In this document: piece by piece, positions 38,802 through 46,268 of the stretch | Numbering within the stretch: the first letter of the stretch is position 1 | How the letters are laid out: every line of letters begins with the position of its first letter | From: an uncultured Elusimicrobia bacterium | GTDB lineage: Bacteria; Elusimicrobiota; Endomicrobiia; DTEH01 | Direction of reading: 5' to 3' | Length of the DNA stretch: 64,000 nucleotides | Assembly (NCBI GenBank): GCA_964561135.1 | Contig: CAZLOB010000054.1 | Span: 22,429-86,428, forward strand | Notes under the pieces: generated by a model | Databases searched by the model: none | Seen by the model: only the letters and a program-made list of their open reading frames with translations | Told to the model about the DNA's origin: nothing | Made by a program: the position numbers and the translations under genes

Positions 38802-40658
38802 TTACTCTTTAACAATTCTCGGTGTGATTAAAATTATAAGTTCGGTCCTTCTTTTTTGTGTAGTTTTGTATTTAAAGAGATACCCAAGGATCGGTAGGTC
38901 TCCTAATAAAGGCAGTTTTTTAATTGCATCAATGTCAGAATCAGAAATTAATCCACCTATTACTAACGGCTCATTATCTTTTACCATAACAGTAACTTCT
39001 GTCTGTCTTGATTTAACGGTAGGCGGGACACCAGGCGCTGCAATTTGTGGTATGTCAACCTGTGGTTTAACAGTTAAAGTTATCCAACCGTCAGGACTTA
39101 CCGTAGGTGTAACTGTAAGTTGTATCCCAGCAGTAATATATTCCCACTGCTCTTGCACTACTTGACCAACACCAGCTCCTCCTCCTGTGGTAGTTTGTGT
39201 TACAGCAGTTTTATATGGAATTTTTTCGCCAGCGATGATTGTTGCTGTTTTGTTATTCAAAGTTGTAACCCTAGGATTAGAAAGGACTTTTGCTTTCCCT
39301 TGAGTGATGAGCGCACTAAGACGTGCTGATATTGCTAAAGCATCTGTAAATTTACCAAATAAAAATACTGCGCTTTCTAAAGGGGCACCTGTTGGCGCTG
39401 TAAAGATAGCGCTTTGCAATTCTTTTGCAGTAGCTTCAATCCCTTTTACTGTAGCTCCACCACCAGATACATCATCTAACTTATAACTCACACCACTACC
39501 AGGTTCCGCTTCAACACTTCTTATTCCCCATTGTACTCCTAATTCAGATAAATCGTCTATAGAAATATCAATCACTTGTGCTTCTATAGTTACTTGGTAT
39601 GGTTTAGTATCAAGTTTTTTTATCCATTCTTCTATATAACTTAAACCTTCTTCGCTTTCAGTTACAATCAGTGAATTAGTCCTTTTATCAACAGTTATTA
39701 CACCTTTTGTTCTTCCTTCAGCCTTTAGTATTTGATCAAGATGGGCCTTAACATCATCTGCAACTGCATAGTTTAAAGGAAAGATTTTTGTATACATAAC
39801 TTGCATAGTACGTTCTTGTTCAATAACCTGAGGTGTACCAACACGGACTATATTGTCAGCAACAATAAGATAAACAAGTTTTGATATTCTTAATATATTC
39901 TCAAACGCTTTGTCAAAAGGAACATTTTTTAAACTTATCGTAATTTTACCTGTCACATCAGGACCATAAATAATATTAACACCAGATTTTACTGCTAACA
40001 TATGTAAAACATCTTGTATATCAGCATCAACACATTCTAGTGTGATAGGTGTTTTGGGTAAGACAAACTTTTCTTCTTGTTCTTTTTTTGTTTGTTTAGA
40101 AACAGGTTGTCTGATTGTAGCAGATTTTTGCTGTTCTGTTGACAATGTAGATGATTTTAATTGAGTTGCTGAAACTTGATGATCTACAGCTGTTGTATCA
40201 TTTTTAACTTCAGTTTCTGCAATTTTTTCTTCATTTACAACTTTTGTTTCTTTAGGAACTTCTGTAACTTGTAATTTAGGTTTCTGTACTAACAAATTTA
40301 CTGTCAAATTATTGTCATCTATTTTAACTTCATAATTATATTTTTTGTAAATATCCAAAACAACTCTAACGACTTTCTCAGGTTCTGTCTTAAATTGTCT
40401 TACACGAACACGTTGTATGTATTCACTTCCTACAGGGATAACTTCTTTATCAAATTTAAGGATACAATTTTTAAAATCGACAACAATACGTGGGGGGTTG
40501 TTTAAATAAAACTTGTTATATTCAGGTTTAGCTAAACATATTACTGTCACAGAACTTTGATACGGAATTATGTTTGTTAATTCATTAATTTGTTGAGAAA
40601 AACAAAAAGATAACAATAATAATAATAAAGAGATTAAAAATATAAGTCTTTTATTCAT
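38802..40658 (-). CDS. pilQ: Type IV pilus secretin
   Basis: 618 aa. It has a signal peptide, an N-terminal AMIN-like domain (VVDFKNCILKF...VVRVVLDI), a Ser/Thr/Gln-rich linker, N0/N1 domains and a C-terminal secretin domain (LGDLPILGYLFKYKTTQKRRTELIILITPRIV). Confidence 0.8.
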   Translation of the reverse strand: MNKRLIFLISLLLLLLSFCFSQQINELTNIIPYQSSVTVICLAKPEYNKFYLNNPPRIVVDFKNCILKFDKEVIPVGSEYIQRVRVRQFKTEPEKVVRVVLDIYKKYNYEVKIDDNNLTVNLLVQKPKLQVTEVPKETKVVNEEKIAETEVKNDTTAVDHQVSATQLKSSTLSTEQQKSATIRQPVSKQTKKEQEEKFVLPKTPITLECVDADIQDVLHMLAVKSGVNIIYGPDVTGKITISLKNVPFDKAFENILRISKLVYLIVADNIVRVGTPQVIEQERTMQVMYTKIFPLNYAVADDVKAHLDQILKAEGRTKGVITVDKRTNSLIVTESEEGLSYIEEWIKKLDTKPYQVTIEAQVIDISIDDLSELGVQWGIRSVEAEPGSGVSYKLDDVSGGGATVKGIEATAKELQSAIFTAPTGAPLESAVFLFGKFTDALAISARLSALITQGKAKVLSNPRVTTLNNKTATIIAGEKIPYKTAVTQTTTGGGAGVGQVVQEQWEYITAGIQLTVTPTVSPDGWITLTVKPQVDIPQIAAPGVPPTVKSRQTEVTVMVKDNEPLVIGGLISDSDIDAIKKLPLLGDLPILGYLFKYKTTQKRRTELIILITPRIVKE

Positions 40659-40688
40659 TTCTTTTACACTACCTCCCTAAAATAATTT

Positions 40689-41192
40689 TTATCTTGAGAT
40701 TTTAAACTCTTTATACTCATTATTCTCTGTAACTAAAATAACACTATATGGTTTTTTTGTTACATCATCAAAAATTATTTTTCCAGAGAAACCTTTAACT
40801 AACCTATTTTGTCTATCATAAAGTTTACCATTTACAAGAAGATAACTGCCATAAGGACTACTAAACAACGCAATTTTATCTTGTTTATCTATAATAAACC
40901 CTTTAAGTTCTAAACTGCCAAGACCCGGTATAACAGCTTCACCACTTAAACATAACTTAGCTTTTGCAATTTTCTCTGGTGATAAAGGAACAAACGGATC
41001 TCTGTATGACAAACCTTCATAAACATATTTCTCAAATATTGGTGAACGAACAGTAACAGTGCTTGTTTCAAGAACTTCTTTCTTAACAGAAGGTTGTTTT
41101 TGTGTAGTAGCTAGTGGTTGTTTTTTCCCACAACAAGCTAATATTATTGCTAATAATAAAAGCTGTAATTTTATATACATATTTGGTTTCAT
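40689..41192 (-). CDS. pilP: Pilus assembly lipoprotein PilP-like
   Basis: It has a lipoprotein signal (LLLLAIILACCGKK). Its position between pilO and pilQ and its size match PilP. The start is set at Met10 to avoid overlap with pilO. Confidence 0.45.
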   Translation of the reverse strand: MKPNMYIKLQLLLLAIILACCGKKQPLATTQKQPSVKKEVLETSTVTVRSPIFEKYVYEGLSYRDPFVPLSPEKIAKAKLCLSGEAVIPGLGSLELKGFIIDKQDKIALFSSPYGSYLLVNGKLYDRQNRLVKGFSGKIIFDDVTKKPYSVILVTENNEYKEFKISR

Positions 41193-41728
41193 TTTAAAGT
41201 GAAAGCTACTAAAGCACAATTACCTGATACATTTAAACTTGTTTGTGTTGACGGAGTATAATTTATCTGTAAACTTAACACAGCAAAAATTCGTTTCCCT
41301 TGAACAAGAGAAGCAAAAAATTGTGCTAAATTATGATAATTTGTTACAAAATTTATTGTAAAAGGTATTTCGTTAAACTCTTTTGGTGAAGTATCTATAG
41401 CGCCTGGAACTATATTAGAAATTTTTATATTATAATATTCCGCCTCTTTACTCATAATTTTTATAAGTTCAGGAATGTTAGGCGAAGTTGGTAACCTTTG
41501 TTTCAATTCTTCGAGTAGATGTTGTAACATCTGTGTTTCTTGTTTTAGTTGAGGGAGTTGTTCTTGCAACATCTTTGCTTCTTCTAACCTTTTAGCTTCT
41601 TTACTTATAATTTGATTAATTTCAACAATTTTTTTTCTTATTGGAGATAACAATAAACTAAAATAGATAAAAATAAACACAATAAAACTTGCCACCACTA
41701 TCAAAAGTGTCTGCTGTTCTTTCTTCAT
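41189..41728 (-). CDS. pilO: Type IV pilus assembly protein PilO
   Basis: 179 aa. It has a single N-terminal TM and a coiled coil, followed by a ferredoxin-like periplasmic domain. It lies in pilM-N-O-P-Q order. Confidence 0.55.
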   Translation of the reverse strand: MKKEQQTLLIVVASFIVFIFIYFSLLLSPIRKKIVEINQIISKEAKRLEEAKMLQEQLPQLKQETQMLQHLLEELKQRLPTSPNIPELIKIMSKEAEYYNIKISNIVPGAIDTSPKEFNEIPFTINFVTNYHNLAQFFASLVQGKRIFAVLSLQINYTPSTQTSLNVSGNCALVAFTLK

Positions 41729-41734
41729 AAAATT

Positions 41735-42307
41735 TTACTTGACAACATACTTAAAATCAACAGTAAAATTGTGTAGTTCGTATTTATCTTGTTGTGAAAT
41801 ACTTATCTGTCCTAAACGAACATTTTGAAATTTATCAGAATTTTCTAAGTTTGATAAAAAATCTGCAATAGAAAATTTGTCATAAGAAGAACATGTAAGC
41901 TTTACATCTAAAGAAGACATCATATTAGTTGTTGCATCTCTAATAGCATTTGTATTCATATTTTTTAACCATACCCCTTCCGGCAAAATTTTCACAAGGT
42001 CTAACATAAATTTTGGATAAACAAGACCACAACTCAAAAGTCGTTCAATAAGTTGTTTCTTAGCTTCTAATTCAGCTTTATTTTTTTTAAGTTGCTCAAC
42101 TTCTTTTACTATTGGCTCCAAATTTTTAATTTCTCTCTGAATATTTAAAAGTTGAGAATTTAAACTCATTAATGTTATAACTTGCGAAATATAAATCGCA
42201 ACCAAAATTATACAAACCATAGAAACAGCTACAATGACTAAAGATAACAACTCTTTAAATTTTTGTCTTTGAATAATTTCTTTTGGTAAAAGATTAATAT
42301 TAACCAT
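41735..42307 (-). CDS. pilN: Type IV pilus assembly protein PilN
   Basis: 190 aa. The N-terminus INLLPKEIIQRQKFKE is followed by a TM, typical of PilN. It overlaps pilM by 8 nt. Confidence 0.6.
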   Translation of the reverse strand: MVNINLLPKEIIQRQKFKELLSLVIVAVSMVCIILVAIYISQVITLMSLNSQLLNIQREIKNLEPIVKEVEQLKKNKAELEAKKQLIERLLSCGLVYPKFMLDLVKILPEGVWLKNMNTNAIRDATTNMMSSLDVKLTCSSYDKFSIADFLSNLENSDKFQNVRLGQISISQQDKYELHNFTVDFKYVVK

Positions 42308-43403
42308 TTTGATACCCTTTAATTGCTAACCCTACTGCTACTGTGAAAAGAGGTCTTAATTCTACAGGTACATTATCTGAATTAGCTATTTTTCTGAATG
42401 GATCAACTATCTCTACTTCTTCCATTTTAAATTCTAAAGAAAAATATAAAGATAGATTTTTTATAACACATCCACCACCGGATAAAAATATTTTAGATAT
42501 AGGTTTTTGTTCACCTTTTTGAAAATAATAAAAATCAATCAGTTTATGTAATTCAGTAGAAAATTCTTTTAATAAAACAACTAAATCCTTTGAAATACTA
42601 AGTTCAATTTTTTTGTCCAAAGAAAGATATTCCTCTTTTTTTTCATCCGTCAATATTAACCCATCATTTTTAAAATAACTTATGATTTCTTCTATATTCA
42701 TTTCTCTAAGCTTTTTTATCTCGTTAAGAATAAAAAACATTCCTAAAGGTAAATCACGGCATGTTTTTACAACACCGTTTTCCAATATAGCAATATTTGT
42801 TATATTCGCACCAATATTTATTACACAAACATTTTCATTTTCTATCTCGTAATTATATCTTAGTGCACGTTCAATTGCAAAAATATCAACATCAATATAT
42901 CTAGGAGTAAGCTTACATTGTGATAAAATATCAATATGTCTATCAATAAATTCTTTTTTCGCAGCAACAATCATAACTTCGTTTTTCCGTACACCTTCTT
43001 CCAAAACTTCTCCTAATATATCAAAACTTAAATACACTTCCTTTATAGGGAAAGGTATATATGGTTCTGCTTCAATTGTGATAGATTTGGAAAGTTCTTC
43101 TTTGGTCATCAATGGTACTTTTATAGGACGAACAATAACAGATGTGCCTGAAACAGAACTTACAGTTTTTTTAGGTAAGCTTTTATTTTTTTGAAAAATA
43201 TCTTTCAATATCTCCACAACAACAGGATTTCTATTTTCAGCTAATGTTTCTAAAGAAACAATTTCGTCAGGCAATTGTCTTATTTGCCAATCACGAAGAG
43301 AGAAACTTTTTTGTCCTACAGGAGTCAAATATACAAGTTTAATATTTTTTGAGCCAATATCTAACCCAACATATTTTTTGCTTTTTAAAAAATTTAATTC
43401 CAT
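42300..43403 (-). CDS. pilM: Type IV pilus assembly protein PilM (actin-like ATPase fold)
   Basis: 367 aa. It has the N-terminal GLDIGSKNIKLV motif of FtsA/PilM-type proteins. Confidence 0.8.
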   Translation of the reverse strand: MELNFLKSKKYVGLDIGSKNIKLVYLTPVGQKSFSLRDWQIRQLPDEIVSLETLAENRNPVVVEILKDIFQKNKSLPKKTVSSVSGTSVIVRPIKVPLMTKEELSKSITIEAEPYIPFPIKEVYLSFDILGEVLEEGVRKNEVMIVAAKKEFIDRHIDILSQCKLTPRYIDVDIFAIERALRYNYEIENENVCVINIGANITNIAILENGVVKTCRDLPLGMFFILNEIKKLREMNIEEIISYFKNDGLILTDEKKEEYLSLDKKIELSISKDLVVLLKEFSTELHKLIDFYYFQKGEQKPISKIFLSGGGCVIKNLSLYFSLEFKMEEVEIVDPFRKIANSDNVPVELRPLFTVAVGLAIKGYQNG

Positions 43404-43440
43404 AAAAATTAATATCTTTTAAAAATTTTTTTTAACTACA

Positions 43441-43852
43441 ACAAGAGACAGAATGTAAGCCAGCTTCTGTATCCCGCACTCAATAATATGTGTTGAGTGC
43501 GGGATGGGTATCATTCGTCTACTGCGACCCACCCAAAGTTCGGTCTTGCTTCCTGCAAGGGTTTAGCCGTTTCACCCTCCCCTTTGCCTAAAAAGGCTTA
43601 TAGGGAGACTATTCCAAAGAGTATCCTCTTTGGAATCCCCAAGAGTTACCTCTTGGAGCGTCTCTGTTCGCACCTCTATCCCGTCAAAGAACGGGATGGT
43701 TGGTTTCCTATAAGAATCCCGATAAGTTCGGGACGTCTTATAGTCACCAACTGCATTTTTTTCTTAAGACATTACTGTCTTAAGAAGGAAGGCTGGACTT
43801 TCCTCCCCTTTCATTAACGAAAGAGGCGATACCCTTTCATTCTGTCTCTTGT
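43441..43852 (-). ncRNA. rnpB: RNase P RNA, bacterial type A
   Basis: The minus-strand transcript has P1 (ACAAGAGACAGAATG ... CATTCTGTCTCTTGT). It also contains GGGGAGGAAAGTCCAGCC (compare GGGGAGGAAAGUCCGGGC), GGGTGAAACGG, and ACAGAAGCTGGCTTA (compare ACAGAACCCGGCUUA, the P4 3' strand). The locus is GC-rich. Confidence 0.8.
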
Positions 43853-44598
43853 TGTAAATCTTCTTCAATATATAAAATTCGTGAACAAGAAGAACAAAGA
43901 ACAAATTCTTCGTATTTACGGATATCATTTATTTCTTGCTCTGTTAAACGCATATTACAAACACTACAGTTATACCCATCCGGAGTTGATACCACAGCAG
44001 ACATCACACTGTTTCTATTACTATGCACACGTTCATAAATCGAAACATACTTATCATCAATTTGTTGAGCAAAATCACTACGTTGTTTTCTTTTTTCTTC
44101 AAGCAGCGTTTCCAACTCTTGTTTTCTAAGATTAAGTTGTTCTATAGTTTGTTTAATCTTTGCTTGTTCAATAGAAAAATTTTTTTCAACTTCTGAAATA
44201 TGTTTTTTTAAAAAATCTTGTTTTTCTATTAATTCAAGGATTTCTGTCTCAACTGTATCTTTTTGCTGATTTAACCTTTCTATTTCATTAAGCAATGCAC
44301 GATATTGTTCGTTTGTTTTTACAGTATTTAACTCTTGAGTATGTTTTTTTATTTGTTCTTCGATAGTTTGAAGATCTAATTCTTTATTTTTTAACTGAAT
44401 TTGTAAACGTTTGATCTCTTCTTTTTCTTTTTCAACTTCTTGCTGTTTCTGCAATTGCAAATCTTGTTGTTTTTGTATCTCAATGGGAATAGAGTCAATT
44501 TCTTCTTCTAAAAACTGTATTTCTTCATCATATTTTTGTAAAGTCACTAATTTTTTTATTATTTGTTTAAGTTTAGCCATGTTTTTTATTCTTATCAA
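43837..44598 (-). CDS. COG1579-type zinc-ribbon protein (coiled coil plus C4 zinc ribbon)
   Basis: 253 aa. About 200 aa of coiled coil are followed by CSVCNMRLT...CSSCSRIL (CxxC...CxxC). Its 3' end overlaps the P1 stem of rnpB. Confidence 0.6.
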   Translation of the reverse strand: MIRIKNMAKLKQIIKKLVTLQKYDEEIQFLEEEIDSIPIEIQKQQDLQLQKQQEVEKEKEEIKRLQIQLKNKELDLQTIEEQIKKHTQELNTVKTNEQYRALLNEIERLNQQKDTVETEILELIEKQDFLKKHISEVEKNFSIEQAKIKQTIEQLNLRKQELETLLEEKRKQRSDFAQQIDDKYVSIYERVHSNRNSVMSAVVSTPDGYNCSVCNMRLTEQEINDIRKYEEFVLCSSCSRILYIEEDLQQETE

Positions 44599-45304
44599 AT
44601 TTTAATCTTTTTGTCAATAAATAAAAATTTTTTGCTTTTTTAACAAAATTTTTGTTTCCAAAAATAGCATTACCTACAACTGGTAATTCACAACCTAAGT
44701 CAATTATATTAACAATATTTTCTTCATTTATCCCCCCATCACATGAAATTAAAAAATCAAACTTTCTTTTTTTTCGTATTTCTGCCAATTTTTCAACTTT
44801 AGATAAACATCTGGACAAAATTTTTTGTCCACCAAAACCTGGTTCAACTGTCATTACCAATATTAAATCTAAAATACTCAAATAAGGTTCTAATCTTTTA
44901 ACACTTGTTTTAGGTTTTATTGAAATACCACAAAAAACATCGTGTTTTTTAACATCATAAATTAATCTTTCAATCTTGTTTTCTTTAACCGCTTCATAAT
45001 GAAAAACAATTAAATTTGCTCCTGCGTCTATATACCACATATATGTTGTATCAGGATTGTTTACCATCAAATGAACATCAAAAAAACATTTTGTATGCTC
45101 TCTTAGTAACTTTATAATAGGAGGACCAAAAGTTAAATTAGGTACAAAATTGCCATCCATAACATCTAAATGTAAAACTGTAAACCCTACTTCCTCGATT
45201 TTTTTAACTACTTCTTTTAAGTTTGTAAAATCACTATTTAGTATTGAAACAGAAATTTTTGGCAATGGTGAAAGTACTTCTTTTAAAGTTTTATTTTTCA
45301 TCAA
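44573..45304 (-). CDS. rpe: Ribulose-phosphate 3-epimerase
   Basis: 243 aa. It has the motifs ISVSILNSDF, HLDVMDGNFVPNLTFG and DGGI. Confidence 0.8.
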   Translation of the reverse strand: MMKNKTLKEVLSPLPKISVSILNSDFTNLKEVVKKIEEVGFTVLHLDVMDGNFVPNLTFGPPIIKLLREHTKCFFDVHLMVNNPDTTYMWYIDAGANLIVFHYEAVKENKIERLIYDVKKHDVFCGISIKPKTSVKRLEPYLSILDLILVMTVEPGFGGQKILSRCLSKVEKLAEIRKKRKFDFLISCDGGINEENIVNIIDLGCELPVVGNAIFGNKNFVKKAKNFYLLTKRLKFDKNKKHG

Positions 45305-46268
45305 TTAATACTCCATCTACAAAAATTCTTATTCGTGAATTTTTCTTCGGAGGGACATAAAGTTGGATTTTTTGTTTTGGTAGTGTTGGTTTATTATACA
45401 AAATACTTTCCCCATCTGAACTAATCTGCACTATTTTTACGTTCTTTGGTGTATCACCAAAAAATGGTAACTCATATTCAAAGTTATAAAATACTTCTCC
45501 TTGCGTTACATCCTTAACCTTAGCTACTACAACTTCTATAGCTGTTGTATCATTTACAACCTCATCCGGTTGTGGTAATTGAGAAATAACTTTGCCATCA
45601 TCATATCCTTCAACAACTTCTTCCTTAATTTTCAATATAAAAGAATACCTTTCTGCCCATTCATATACTTCATTTATATGTTTACCTTTAAAATCTGGCA
45701 TAAGTATTATATCTTCTTGAGGAGGACCTAATGATACAACTATATCAACACCTGTATTCTTATCGACTATCTCACCTTCTTTTGGTTGTTGCTGGATTAC
45801 TTTATTTTTTTCGAATCTCAATGAATAACGATATGTTACAGTTCCAACGAACAACGAATACTGTCTTAACAAAACCTCTGCTTTACGACGATCTTCTCCA
45901 ACAATATTTGGTACAAAAACCTTTTCTCCACCACGACTTAAAATAACATTTATTGATCGTCCTTCCCGAACAACCATTCCTGCTTGTGGTTGTTGTACTA
46001 CAACTGTACCAGCAGGATAGTTTGGGTTGTAAACTTCATCTATTTTCTTAAGACTCAAATTTAATTTTGACACCACATCTAGCGCTTCATACAAAGACTT
46101 ATTAACAATGTTAGGAACGATTACTTCTCTTTTTGAATGAACAATTTTACCTGTTATATGATATAAAAGTACAATCACAATACAAAAAAATATTATTATG
46201 CAAAAAAATATTAACCACAACAAAAGATTTTTTATTTTTTTATTTTTTGACATATTAGATTCCACCAA
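45291..46268 (-). CDS. Membrane-anchored protein with three PASTA domains and no kinase or transpeptidase domain
   Basis: 325 aa. It has an N-terminal TM, then three repeats with PASTA patterning (VPNIVNKSLYEALDVV...GTVVVQQPQAG..V.EG..INVILS; VPNIVGEDRRKAEVLL...; MPDFKGKHINEVYEWA...). Confidence 0.6.
   Translation of the reverse strand: MVESNMSKNKKIKNLLLWLIFFCIIIFFCIVIVLLYHITGKIVHSKREVIVPNIVNKSLYEALDVVSKLNLSLKKIDEVYNPNYPAGTVVVQQPQAGMVVREGRSINVILSRGGEKVFVPNIVGEDRRKAEVLLRQYSLFVGTVTYRYSLRFEKNKVIQQQPKEGEIVDKNTGVDIVVSLGPPQEDIILMPDFKGKHINEVYEWAERYSFILKIKEEVVEGYDDGKVISQLPQPDEVVNDTTAIEVVVAKVKDVTQGEVFYNFEYELPFFGDTPKNVKIVQISSDGESILYNKPTLPKQKIQLYVPPKKNSRIRIFVDGVLIDEK

Noticed and set aside
43497-43817. 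106-aa plus-strand ORF from the six-frame track
   Set aside because: It lies entirely inside the RNase P RNA gene on the opposite strand. It arises from a GC-rich, stop-poor structured-RNA locus and has no protein-like features.
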